DNA of 64,000 nt from positions 82,336,001 through 82,400,000 of the forward strand of contig OX597826.1 of assembly GCA_951406725.2 (NCBI GenBank). Direction: 5' to 3'. Origin of the DNA: Octopus vulgaris (lineage: Eukaryota). A model generated the notes under the pieces. The model saw nothing but the letters and a program-made list of their open reading frames with translations, ran no database searches and had not been told where the DNA came from. Positions 1 through 12,999 of the stretch are shown piece after piece (position 1 is the first letter of the stretch; every line of letters begins with the position of its first letter). The position numbers were made by a program, and so were the translations under genes.

Positions 1-1289
1 TGCATTTATATCCATGATATGTACGTCCATTTGTGCTCGGAAGTTGCTCTACCAACTATAGCTGAAATAGATAAAGAGGAGAATGCTGTTAGATTCTAAG
101 GGGACCAAATGAAAATTGCGACAGATCACTCGAGAGTGATTTCATACGGCGAATGCTTGTCCTGTCGTAACCTGTGTAAGTAACGTGTGACGAAACGAAT
201 TAAATGACACGAAGACACTGAATAATAAACACGAATCTTTGCAACAACACTTCAACGCAAATAAGGTTTTTTCATCTATGAATTTCTTTGGGGAGGCTTA
301 AATATAAAATAACGTACGTATATTTTCTGCAGGAAGCGTGTAAATGAAAGAATGAAAAAAACGTCACTAGAAGTATGTGTGACAAGGTTTTAAAACTTGT
401 GAACACTGGAAAGAAAGGCATAACATTAAAAAATATCTACCACATTCTTGTGCTGTAGTGGCAAACAGGTTTTTGCTATTGGCATTCGGTGGCAGACATT
501 GCTAAATTTGCACGAACTCACCTCGTCGTAAGGACAAACGTGCTCACATTTTTAGTTTGTACTTTAAAAGTACAAACAATAAATTCGACAGGAAAAACAG
601 TTTAATTGTAACAGGTAGTATTCGTGTTACATAAGGCAATCAGGTTAAACTGTTCTCTTACGTTCGAACTAGAAAATCATAGAGTTTGAAGATATTTCTA
701 ACGTAGGAAATAAACACATCAGATTGTTATGTGTTCTTTTTTTTTTTTACAACAGATGATGCGCGGTTCGAATCCTGCAAATAACCGGAATCGTTAACCC
801 AATATATTATAATTTGTTTCTGAATTCGGTCCAAGATTCTACATATAATCAAACTTTCTTTCGGTTGTGGAAACAAAGCATTGAATTTGATGTAAGAACG
901 ATGGAATATCGTTTTGCTATAATTGCTAGCATATTTGTTTTTGGTTACACAAGATAAGGGGTTCTAATTCTGAAAGGAACATCCAACCATTCTTAGTTAT
1001 ATGCCGCTTAATATATCATGAGCTATTATTTATAGATGCATTAACTCCATTGGTTTCGAGACACAGCTTTACACGCGCACACATCTATATAAATATAGGA
1101 ATTTACCCTTCTATACACTAATGCCATAAGAATTTATAACATGAATAACTAAATTGGGGACATTAACAACGATAAGCCGTGTTTACAAATTGAGGAACAA
1201 GCTTCACACTGAAAGATTAATTCGCACTGACACTTTACTAGGTGTGATGCTTAGATATAACATTCTTCACGTCACTGAATGAGATTTAT

Positions 1290-1304
1290 GCAATATAAAT
1301 ACAT

Positions 1305-1335
<31 letters not shown>

Positions 1336-1438
1336 TACACACATACATACATGCATACATACATACATATATACATACATATATATATACATATATATTT
1401 ATACATATATATATATATATATAAAGAATACAAATCAC

Positions 1439-1501
<63 letters not shown>

Positions 1502-1517
1502 TATATATATATATATA
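1290..1517. repeat. Compound (ATAC)n/(AC)n/(AT)n microsatellite
   Basis: Directly visible; explains the YIYI/HTHT ORFs at 1272-1677. Confidence 0.95.
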
Positions 1518-1878
1518 CGTTGCACTCCGTCGGTTACGACGACGAGGGTTCCAGTTGATCCGATCAACGGAACAGCCTGCTCATGAAATTAACATGCAAG
1601 TGGCTGAGCACTCCACAGACAAGTGTACCATTAAGGTAGTTCTCGTGAGATTCAGCGTGACCCAGCTGGTCCTTTGAAATACACCTACAACAGAAGCAGG
1701 ATGAAAGAGTGAGAGAAAGTTGTGGTGAAGGAGTACAGCAGGGTTCACCACAACCCCCTGCCGGAACTTTGTGGAGCTTTAGGTATTTTCGCTCAATAAA
1801 CACTCACAACGCCCGGTCTTGGAATCGAAACCGCGATCCTGCGACTGTGAGTCTTTTGCCCTAACCACTGGGTCATTG

Positions 1879-1884
<6 letters not shown>
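1518..1884 (-). mobile_element. tRNA-derived SINE, family A (octopus OR-like), full length, tail type a
   Basis: The minus strand begins GAGGCGCAATGACCCAGTGGTTAGG (A box) ... GGTTTCGATTCC (B box). The body matches copies at 19664, 26269 and 36810; the tail ...GATCGGATCAACTGGAACCCTCGTCGTCGTAACCGACGGAGTGC is shared with 36810-37088. Confidence 0.9.
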
Positions 1885-1947
<63 letters not shown>

Positions 1948-2049
1948 TACACAACTGCATTAATAAAATTCAATTCTTTCGATTCTTTGCTTCCTTCATG
2001 GCGTAAGGACTCATTCACTTTCTAAGTTCACAACACAGATTTTGGTCAA

Positions 2050-2445
2050 CATCTACCACGAACAGAATGCCACGAACTTTGAAAACAAACATTCAGATAA
2101 TAAGAAAACAGAAGGCAAAGGAATACGCAGGGACCAATGATCTTCCGATGGATCTCCACCTACAATTCCAAAGTTACACAACGTGACATACAGCATTATA
2201 TATCAAAACATACCAAAACCGAAACAAAGACTCTAGAATGAACTAAGCTGAACAAATCGCTTAAAATTATAAAAAGCGAGCGATAAGCCAAACCATGGGA
2301 ACATTGCAAACTGTGCACAATCACAAGAGAAGCATCAGTGAAAACATATAGAAGAGCCAACTTGGACATTTGTTCAAGTTTGCCAGAAGAATCGAAATTC
2401 CTTTCTAATGATTGATAATTCTGAAATCAGTAACAATAAGAAGAA
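2050..2445 (+). pseudogene. Highly decayed Penelope-like element coding remnant (RT to GIY-YIG linker)
   Basis: Frameshifted peptides resembling STYN..YSIIYQNIPK..DSRMN..IIKSER recall the PLE linker; recognised by eye only. Confidence 0.3.
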
Positions 2446-2448
2446 TGG

Positions 2449-2638
2449 CTTCAAAGTTTGGCACAAGGCCAGCAATGTTCAACTGGTGCTTATTTCATCG
2501 ACCACAGAATGATTCTAGTTGAACACTTGACTCGATCTGGTCAACGTGAGTCGAGGTTAAACCCAGAACGTAAAAACGGACGGAATGCCGTTAAACATTT
2601 TGTTCGGCATACTAAAGATTTAGCTAAGTCGCCACCTT
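2449..2638 (-). mobile_element. SINE family B (tRNA head plus Meta/MESC-like core), diverged
   Basis: Shares GGCACAAGGCC tail, ACTGGT-CTTATTT-ATCGACC core and CGCCACCT head with the 12198-12988 units. Confidence 0.75.
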
Positions 2639-2992
2639 AAAGTCGCCACCACCACCACCACAGCAACAACAACAACGACGTGTCCGAAGTCCGTGCAATA
2701 GCCTGCTCTGGACCCTGGTTTCCGGTAACATAAGTAGCAAACTAAGATGTCCTTAAATGAAGATACGATTTTGCACAGACAGCAGATTCGAACTCGAGAT
2801 CACGGTTAAACGTCTTCAGGGAAATTGAACACAGATGCAGCATTAAAAGACAACCAAATTGTACGATTTTGGCCTTGTTTCAATTTGCCGATGGCACATT
2901 GCAACGGCGGATCACCCGAAAGGTTATCACATCCATAGCGGTCTGTCGGCCTTTCCTGAATAAGCATAGCAACAAAGAGAGGCTAAAAGTTA

Positions 2993-2994
2993 CA

Positions 2995-3048
<54 letters not shown>
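2993..3048. repeat. (ACT)n microsatellite
   Basis: Directly visible. Confidence 0.95.
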
Positions 3049-3388
3049 GCTGCTACATGTACAACAACTACTGATGCTGTGATTACTATTATAAATAAAA
3101 GAAGTTCCGAACTCTAGCTACAGTCATTGCCTCAAGGACACAACAGACTACTATTATGAAAGTTTCGTTTAGTATGAGGAACTGTTATACTATCATAAAA
3201 GATTAATTTAATTTCATTCAAATAATTTAATTTCATTCACTTCATATAACCATTATATTTCAACAATTAAAACTGTAACATTTTTTGATAAAAATCTACG
3301 ACCATCTTTTTTATGAACTCCTCAAAGAATTTTCTCCAATCATTTTTAATATAATTTTCAACGTTTGATGTTCAGAATTTTAAGCTCT

Positions 3389-3516
3389 TATGTATGTATG
3401 TATGTATGTATGTATGTATGTATGTATGTATGTATGTATGTATGTATGTATGTATGTATGTATGTACGTACGTATGTATGTCTGTATCTATCTGTCTATA
3501 TGTCTGTCTGTCTGTA

Positions 3517-3579
<63 letters not shown>

Positions 3580-3615
3580 TTCTGTGTCCATCCATCCATT
3601 CATCCATCCATCTAT
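3389..3615. repeat. Compound (TATG)n/(TCTG)n/(TCTA)n/(TCCA)n microsatellite
   Basis: Directly visible. Confidence 0.95.
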
Positions 3616-4910
3616 CTCGTTTGTATCACTGCTCTATACAGCGGCATCCGTTCGGTAGTACGAGGAAATGGCCATCAATCTAAATCACTTAACATCACGC
3701 GTTCGGTCCGTCAGGGATGGCCCCTCTCGTCACTTCTGTATGTACTAACTCTAGAGCCACTATTGCGAAAGCTGGCGACGCTGAATGACATCTCACGAGA
3801 ACTGGGATGCGAGAGGATGGTGTCTACATACGCGGACGATGTCACCGTCATAGTGTCAAGCCTCAGTCATATTGACGTGGTCGGCGAGACACTAAAAGAA
3901 TACAAATCACTAACGGAAGCAAAAATTAACCCTGAAAAGTCAATGGGCTTGCGGCTCGGCACCTGGAGAAGCAAGCCCATGCCGTCCAAAAGCGTCTCCA
4001 TCGTAGGACACTGGAACGACGGACCGGTGAAATTGCTCGGGGTCTGGTTCGGTTAAGACCTCCAAATGGAGAACTGGGACGAGATAACCAGTAGGGTAGT
4101 CACTCTCACTCAGCTATGGGCCGAGTGGGAGCTATCTCTAAAAGGTCGGGCAGAGGTGGCGAATGCGTACATGGCATCTGTCATCTACTACCGTCTGACC
4201 CTACCATCACGAAAATGGAACTCATACTCTTCCGTTTTTTGTGGAAGGGGAGCGTTCCGATGGTTAGGCGATCCAGTTGCTGTCAACATCCGCTAAATGG
4301 AGGACTGGGTATATCGATGTTGATGATGTTCTTCGGGAGACTCTGGGTGTCAACAGCAGATACTTGACCACTTTCAGGACCACTTTCGGACCAGGACCTA
4401 TGGACAATTTCCAGACATCCTTGACGTGGCAGTGCTATCGGGGAGCATTGTCCCTTCAAGAAAAGGTCTACAGACACGGTTTCAGAAACACCGAACCAAC
4501 CTACTCAAGATGCAGTCAGAACAACGAAACCATTTTGCACGCACTCGTACAATACCCACATATTTCGTCGCTGTGGACCTATGTCGAGCGGCTGCGTTCA
4601 TGTGGGGAGGAATCTGGTTGTCAGCCGAGTGTACTGTAAAATATTGCCTCGCCGCTTTCCTTTAACCGAGAAGGCAAGGCAATTTTCATCGTACTGGTGG
4701 CTTTGGCGAAAGAATGTGTATGGTGGACTCATTTGAAAGGCTTAGAGACAATTACTTTCCTCTCTGGCCAACCTCTCATCAACTTCTTCAAGTATCACTT
4801 GAAAAGGAAGAATAAGAGTAGAGAGGGAAGTTTTGTCTAATGAAAGATTTAATAAAAGAAGGGTGAATGTAGTAAAGATGGTACGCATGAATGACGGAAC
4901 AACTTTAAGC
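3616..4910 (+). mobile_element. 5'-truncated Tx1/L1-clade LINE (RT C-terminal half and zinc knuckle), frameshifted
   Basis: SVRQGWPLSSLLYVLTLEPL, YADDVTV, KINPEKS, VKLLGVWF, LSLKGRAEVAN, GGLG and SRCSQNNETILHALVQYP (decayed CCHC) appear in collinear order. Confidence 0.88.

Positions 4911-5000
<90 letters not shown>
4911..5000. repeat. (ATCT)n microsatellite at the 3' end of the Tx1-like LINE
   Basis: Directly visible. Confidence 0.95.
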
Positions 5001-5005
5001 ATCCA

Positions 5006-6201
5006 TATGATGGTCATCCCATAAGTTCTGTCCGATTTTACTTATTTTAAAATTGAATGAAATTTAATATTTTAGAATGTCTAATGGAATTAAAAATTAT
5101 CTATATGCATTTGTGTACATTTAAACTAATTAAATATTATTTTACAGGATAATAGAATTGAAATTTCTTACATAATGTTTTAGGAGTACAAAAAAGGAAA
5201 CTCTGCAGCCGAAGTGACTCGAAACATACACTCAGGTTATGGGAAAGAATGCTTGGATGAAAGAACTTGCAGAAGATGGTTTGCAAAATTCAGAAGTGGA
5301 GATTTCAGCCTTGAAGATGAAGATCGAACAGGACGTCCAGTTGAGTTTGATGGTAAGCTCCTTGAGGCATTACTCGAAGTAAATCCTGCATTATCAGTTG
5401 AAGAATTGGAATGAAGCTTAGTTCAAACCACACAACTGTTCATCGTCAACTTCAACAACTTGGAAAGGTTCTTAAACTTGGAAAATGTGTGCCTCATGAA
5501 TTGTCCGAAAGCAACCGCAGATCTCGAGTTGACATTTGCTCTTCTCTCCATTCTGGCGAACTCATTTCACCCTTTTTGGATTGACCTGTGACTGGTGATG
5601 AAAAATGGATCTTTTATCGAAACGTTAAACGTCGTAAACAGAGGCTTGGTAAAAGGGAAAAGCTCAACCACAACCAAGAAGAGAACTTCACGGGAAAAAG
5701 GTTCTTCTCTCTATCTGGTGGAATTGCAAAGGAGTAATTCACTTTGAATTGTTACCACCTAATGCAACAATCAATGCTCAAGTCTACTGTCAGCATTTAG
5801 AGCGTTTGAACCCAGATGTTTCATCAGGACAATGCGCGACCCTACCCTGCAAAGATCACATCACAGAAGATCGACGAGCTTGGCTTGGAAAAAATTCCTC
5901 ATCCACCTTATTCTTCCGACCTTGCTCCTTCAGGCTACCATTTGTTTCGTAGTTTACAGAATCATTTAGGGGACATAATTTTCGCAAGCCAGGAGGAGGT
6001 CGAAACTGACATTTCAGAGTTCTTCTCTTTGAAACCAAAAGAGTTTTATATTGATGGGATTAAAAAGCTTGTAAATAGATGGAAGGAAGTCATAGATAAT
6101 TAAGGAAAGTACATTGATGATTAAATTTCCATTAAATATAACATTTAATCGCTTGTTTTCCTTATTGAAAATTTGGACAGAGCTTATGGGATGATCTGGT
6201 A
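5006..6201 (+). mobile_element. Mariner (DD34D) transposon, decayed, with both TIRs
   Basis: Left TIR GTCATCCCATAAGTTCTGTCCGA-TT and right TIR AA-TTGGACAGAGCTTATGGGATGAT ending near TA. Peptides RTCRRWFAKFRSGDFSLEDEDRTGRP, CVPHEL (WVPHEL), VTGDEKW, HQDNARP, HPPYSSDLAPSGYHLF; stops, frameshifts and a small internal deletion. Confidence 0.93.
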
Positions 6202-6899
6202 TATGTCAGTCTATCCATCTATCTATCTGTCTGGTTACGCTTATGCCTTATTGCGATTCTTTCTCAGACGACTATTTTGTTTTTTCTGAAGTCTAGAGAT
6301 GTAGCGGTGTGGAATCAAAAGTTAAACAAATGAGTGAGGCAACTCTAAATCGTGAAATCTGAGGCCATGGTAGAAACTAGAAGAGAGTCATTATCACAGG
6401 CAGTAGACAATATATTCAAAGAGACCATTGTACCTTTCCTTAGTAACAATACTAAGCCTGGCCAGAAGATAGTTTGCCATGTGGCATATTCTTGGTCACA
6501 CGATAATCTTTTTAACTGCTTGACTACGATGCCTATGTAATTGGTCTGTTTCTGGTCTTCATAGAAACGGAAACAATGTTACTCCGGTGGATGCTGAGGA
6601 TAGTGCTGAGGTTAGACTGCTGAAAAGACTCAAAGAGATATAAATGGTGAAGAAAGGTAAACCCACATAAGCGGACAGCGCAGAAGAATGGTCAGTACAC
6701 CGGGTCTCCATAAAGTGAAGGCTGTGCTTTTTCTCAGATATATATTACTATTTCACATGCGAGTGTGAGTATACGCCTTTCCGAGTGGGCCAGTTGTCTT
6801 CCCAGGTCCGATGTTACACTCTTTATCAATCTCTGCACTAATGAAACAATGCCTCCCTAAGTGAATTGGTTGATTCTCTTCGAATCTTACACTGATTTT

Positions 6900-7520
6900 C
6901 AGGACTTAATTTGCCTCTGGCTATGTTACCATAGACATGGTTTTAGGTCTTTTCGAAGTGTTCCTCAACATTGTTGGTTCTCAGCCTATTCAGGTGACAC
7001 TTGCAAAGATATTTCTGCAGCAGAAGGTAAGTTTATCTCATTGGAACTGGAGCGGTGGACAGTTCCATCTTGTTCTTGAATAATGTAATGATCACAACAT
7101 TACAAAAATACTGAGATCCTTTGTCTTGTTCCCAACATAAAGGTAAGGACTTAGGGATTTGGATTGGAATCTCATTCTTCCAATTCTCAGGCAGATTACC
7201 AGAATGTCTTTTTAACTTGTCAGCCAATTGACATCCTTAATAATCTCTTCTAGATTTGGAACACTGTCGGTTTTGTCCCCTGTGATTGACACGAATTGCG
7301 ATTAATTCTTGATGTACAGACCATACACGTGGCACTAAGAAAAGCGTTAAAATACTTTCTTACCCGGACAACATAATTGGAAAAGTCGAATCTCGCGGGG
7401 AGATCTCTTCCTGCTCAAGAAGAGAGGATTCTCCTGGCTGAATGTAGAGATAAATTCCGTGATATTGTTTGTGAAAAACTCTGGAACATACTCAGAGTAT
7501 TCGTAAGTTCGAGATGTCCT
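6900..7520 (-). mobile_element. Decayed RTE-clade LINE fragment (start of RT domain)
   Basis: VPNLEEIIKDVN..LPENWK..LCWEQDKGSQYFCNVVIITLFKNK..LNRL resembles the RTE/BovB motif CWEEG.VPQD.RDA.IITLYKNKG...LNRL. Confidence 0.55.
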
Positions 7521-7679
7521 TATTCACATCAGGAGAATAAATTGAGAGGATGACAAATTTCGAACAAAGAATTGACTTCGGCGGAGGCAGGATTAGGGAT
7601 TAGGCAGATAGCAACATTGCAATGTCTGTCTTCGAGAGTACCTGCTTTGGTTTCGGTTTCGAATGCAGACAGATTGTAT

Positions 7680-8550
7680 ACTGCATGCATACACATACAC
7701 GTGCATACACACGGGTGCGAAAACACTCACACACACACACACACATAGTCACGCACGTGCGCACGGCCACGTGCACATATATGTTCGGATTAAGCGTTAT
7801 GGAATATGTTTGTAGATGATATGCGGATGAACGAAATGGCTTTACGGACATGGTTTGTAACGAAATCATACTTCTTAGAACCACACTCACACACGTACAC
7901 ACAAGCACACGCTCACGGACACAAGCAAATGCAAAAACACACACACACACACACACACGTACACGCACACGCTCACACACGTATATACATACATATATAT
8001 GTATATAAAGATATGTATATATGTATATAAGTATATAAATATGTATGTATATATACGTGTGTATATATATATAGATATATGCATACAGTCACACACACAC
8101 ACACACACTAACACATATATAACCTTGAATACAAAGTAAATAGTGAAAGATTAAAAGTAAACATCGACAATATAGATGCATAAACCCGAAAAAACCACTA
8201 AAACTAGAAACACTGAATCGTATTAAAAAACATGAGTTCAGATTACAAAACACAGACTGATATCAGAGAAGAAAACAAACCGAACTCTCCTGTATAGGAG
8301 ACGTGTTTAACAAACTACGGAAGAACAATAACCGACACACACACACGCACGCATACACACAGACACACACACACACACACACACACGCAGACACACACAC
8401 ATCCATACACACACACCATACACGCACATGCGCGTGAACAAGCGCACACAAACCGCCCACTTCGTTACATCATAGTACTTACGTATGTGTGTGCGTGTGT
8501 ATATATATATATATATACATACATACATACATACATATACATACATACAT

Positions 8551-8605
<55 letters not shown>

Positions 8606-8875
8606 CCTCCATAAACACGCAGACGCTCGCACCGACACACACACACACTCACTCGCACACACACACACACATACACTCACACACACACACACACACATAT
8701 ATACATACAAAACAACTGCTCCCACAGATGCTCCCACAGAGTGGTCTGAATAAAGTTAAATTACGTAAACATTGGTTCACAAGCTAAAACCATAATTGAA
8801 CTCTGTCACACATATATACACTCTCTCTCACACACACATACGCACACACATGCACACACATGAATACACGTATCA

Positions 8876-8929
<54 letters not shown>

Positions 8930-9054
8930 GCACACTCATACACACAATCACACACATACAAACATACACACACACACACAAACACACACACATACACACT
9001 CGTACGCACGCTCAAATGCATCTGTTCACTTGAGTATATACATTAATATCGCCT

Positions 9055-9113
<59 letters not shown>

Positions 9114-9140
9114 CGCACACACACACGCACACACACAGCT
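7680..9140. repeat. Degenerate (CA)n/(TA)n/(TC)n-rich low-complexity region
   Basis: Directly visible; source of many HTHT/CVCV ORFs. Confidence 0.85.
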
Positions 9141-9234
9141 TGCATTTTGCAATCAAATACACAAGTAAAAAACGGAGACTGAAACACTTGGAAAAATCAT
9201 AGAAAGAAAGATGTGGGCGGGGGTGGGGGTTAGT

Positions 9235-9274
<40 letters not shown>

Positions 9275-9688
9275 AAGGCAGGGGAAGTACATATGTGAAT
9301 GCGTCGGCGGGATAGGGAGGCGGTGGAGGCTAAAGGCTAAAGATAGAAACAAAGAATCAAAGAGAGAGAGAGAGAGAGAGAGGGAGAAGGGGGAAGGAGG
9401 TGAATGGAGAGAAGCGATAATCGTATTAGGCAAACAGCTTTAGTTTCTTCTCTCTTTCTTTCTCTTCTTTTCCCATTTGAATTTTAGCGAACGAAAAAGG
9501 AAAGAAGATGAAAAAAACAAAACAAAAAGAAGCAAAACCGAGAAAGAAAGAAAGAAAGATGACAAAAACTTCTGACAGGAACTGAACTTGTGTTAATCCT
9601 TTTGCGAAATATTGAACAATGGTAAAAGAAAACGAGACAAACAAAAAATTATAAACAAGAAACAAGGAGAGGTGGCAAATATATATAT

Positions 9689-9721
<33 letters not shown>

Positions 9722-9722
9722 C

Positions 9723-9765
<43 letters not shown>

Positions 9766-10138
9766 GTCATGTATATTCTTGCATGTATGTATACTTATGA
9801 GTATACATACGCACACCCATACACATAGTATATGTGTGTGTGAGTGCGTATGCATGTATGTCATAAAATATATTAAGTGTTGAGCTTAATTTCTATATTT
9901 ACTCAGAGTATCGCCACTGTTGCTCATCATAGAATTCTTCAAATGATCGACGATGCCTGTGAAACAGAGTAGGGACAGAGGCTAATGTGAATATAACGTT
10001 TAATTCATTCATGTGTGTGTATGTGTGTGTATAGAGATATATGCGCGTGGATGGAGCCGTCTCTGAAACTATGCATATATGTGTCTCTACGCATATATAC
10101 GCGTGTTATTTTGTAGGTATGCAATATTTTTGAGCATG

Positions 10139-10436
<298 letters not shown>

Positions 10437-10709
10437 TGTTGTTTGATTCTCGAAGAATTTTAGAATGACTTAGCTGAGTGTTTGTCCATTATCTTGGAGA
10501 AACTCTTTGACGGATTCTTGTTAATTCTTAGATTTTTAGTGCACTACTCAATTATAAGACTTTCACATCACTTTCAACATTCATAACTTTATAGACAGTC
10601 ACATATGTGGATGTGACCATAATTACACATATGTAAACGCAATAAAGAGCCGCAGTCGTTCAAATTGCTGTGCAATACTCTGCAATGTAGACAGATTCGC
10701 TATAATAAT

Positions 10710-10912
10710 CGCATACGCTACCGGACAAATTGCTTAGCAGCATTTCTTCTAGTTTCCTGTTCTGAGTTCAAATACCACCGGGGTCAACTTAGCCCTTCAT
10801 CCTTTCGGGATTGATAAAATTAATATTTGTTAAGCACTGAAGTTCATGCAATCGACTTACTCGCCCCCCCCCCCCCCCGATATTACTGGCTTTGTGCTGA
10901 AATTTGAAGACC
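10710..10912 (+). mobile_element. SINE family B, diverged
   Basis: GTTCTGAGTTCAAATACCACCGGGGTCAACTTAGCCCTTCATCCTTTCGGGATTGATAAAAT matches the family B B box and core. Confidence 0.8.
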
Positions 10913-11079
10913 CTTCACACATACTCATATACCGTTTTACTCGCCTGGACACACACAAACGGGCGCGCATACACACACGCATGTGGGGACACACAATGGG
11001 ACATTCTCTTGATTTTTCCTGGGATTGGACAAATGTCTCTGTTAATTGCAGGATATAATTCTTCCATTGTTGTGTTTTT

Positions 11080-11930
11080 TCAACTTAAATTGTTTCGATG
11101 CCTCGTGACACATTTTACGCCATGCAGATCGATCTTGCTAATGACTTTGTCCAGATGTCAAGTGAAACTGCGGAGGCTTTGGCGATTCCTTCAACTTATC
11201 TGTATACCTAAGGACGGATCTTCCTTTACCGCAGTTTCCCTCTACTTGTTGGCCATACAAAAATTCCTACGAAATCTATGTATGTCGAACATACAGACAG
11301 CAAACAATTGGTCTATGTAATTGATCACTTTGAATTATGGGCAACCCATGCTGTTCTTATCTTCAGGGATGCAGAATATTCCGTATAGATGTAATCTGGA
11401 TGACTCGATGAAGTTTGTTCATGTTTTCTCATTGGCGCGTCCGAAAAATCTAGTCGGTACTTGTCAAAGAATCGAAGGCAACTGAGCATGTTTGGGAGGA
11501 TTTTGCGTCCTTTATTCTATCGGTTAGAGCCAGACTGTAGATGCAAGCATCCAAGAAACCGTTCCAATCATAGACTAATACCAAATAACAGGACGTTCCT
11601 CGGAAAACTTCCAGATGTCTGAAGAAATCTAGCCGCATTGTCTCTGTAGGTACATAAACGGCTATTAGTCTGAAGGCTCGGTACGTCCAGCACCAGCATC
11701 AGGAAAACAGGCCGTTCTTGTATAAACATCGCTACTCAGCCATCCAGTCCCTTCGGATATGTTGTTGTCTACAACTTGTAACCGCTAAAGCTGGGCATGA
11801 GTATCCTTCAGAAATTATGGCGTCGCTGATAGCCAAAGGTTCTATTGCTAGTGGCCTGCGGTCAATGAACAGGTAACACTACTTCCCTAGCTACCCCACT
11901 GTACATGTATTCACATTATTTATCCAGAGT
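11080..11930 (-). mobile_element. Decayed Tx1/L1-type LINE ORF2, APE endonuclease region
   Basis: Minus strand AFRLIAVYVP..RLDFFRHLEVFRGTS..LVLVYDWNGFLD corresponds to the APE motifs VYAP and GDFN; an upstream NV-like start motif lies near 11915. Confidence 0.65.
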
Positions 11931-12197
11931 ATTGTCATGTTTAGCAATGAAGCAGGAGAGTAAAAAACAAAAGCAATTATCATATTTCTGTGAAGGGACA
12001 GGTGTTCTTACTCTCCGGGTATTTGTAGGTGTCTCCACAATATTTCTTCGTTAGGGTCTTTTATTGATGGTCGCATGGAAGTCTCCCATTTCCTTGGGAT
12101 ATTTTATATTCAGTTTGTCGTTTGTTGCGTTGCATTTATAATTTTTTATGCGATTACTAGTGTTATGTGGATGTATGATCCTTACCTTTTGAATATT

Positions 12198-12988
12198 CTT
12201 TTCTACTCTAGGTACAAGGGCTGAAATTTTTTGGGAGGGGCCAGTCGATTAGATTGATCCCACTACGCAACTGCTACTTAATTCATCGACTCCCCAAAGG
12301 GTGAAAGGCAAAGTTGACCTCGGCGGAATTGAACTCAAAGCATGTAGACAGACGAAATATCGCTAAACATTTCGCATGCTAACGATTCTTTTCTATCCTA
12401 GGAACAAGGCCCGAACTTTAGGGTGAGGGGTTAGTCGATTAGATCGACCCCAGTACGCAACCAGCACTTAATTTATTGACCCTCGAAAGGATGAAAGGCA
12501 AAGCCGACCTCGATGTAATTTGAACTCAGAACGTAAAGACAGATGAAATTCCGCTAAGCATTTCGCCTGGCGCCCTAATGTTTCTTATTTCTATACTGCC
12601 CACAAGGGGCTAAACATAGAGGAGACAAACAAGGACAGACAAAGGGATTAAGTCGATTACATCGACCCCAATGCGTAACTGGTACTTAATTTATCGACCC
12701 CGAAAAGATGAAAGGAAAAGTCGACTTCGGCGGAATTTGAACTCAGAACGTAACGGCTGACGAAATACCTATTTCTTTATTACCCACAAGGGGCTAAACA
12801 CAGAAAGGACAAACAAACGGATTAAGTCGATTACATCGACACCAGTGCGTAACTGGTACTTAATTTATCGACTCCGAAAGGATGAAAGGCAAAGTCGACC
12901 TCGGCGGAATTTGAACTCTGAACGTAACGACAGACGAAATACCGCTGAGCATTTTGCCCGCGCGCTATCTCTGCCAGTTCGCCGCCTT
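12198..12988 (-). mobile_element. Head-to-tail concatemer of four family B SINE units
   Basis: Four copies of ATCGACCCC..GAAAGGATGAAAGGCAAAGTCGACCTCGGCGGAATTTGAACTCAG about 190-200 bp apart. The core GCCTTTCATCCTTTCGGGGTCGATAAA resembles the Meta/MESC SINE domain (from memory). Confidence 0.92.
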
Positions 12989-12999
12989 TAGAATATTAT

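Noticed and set aside
755-800. GGTTCGAATCC B box suggesting a tRNA gene
   Set aside because: No A box, D arm, anticodon arm or acceptor stem around it.
12198-12988. Regularly spaced repeats resembling a CRISPR array
   Set aside because: Units are ~200-bp SINE copies without unique spacers; eukaryotic context and no cas genes.
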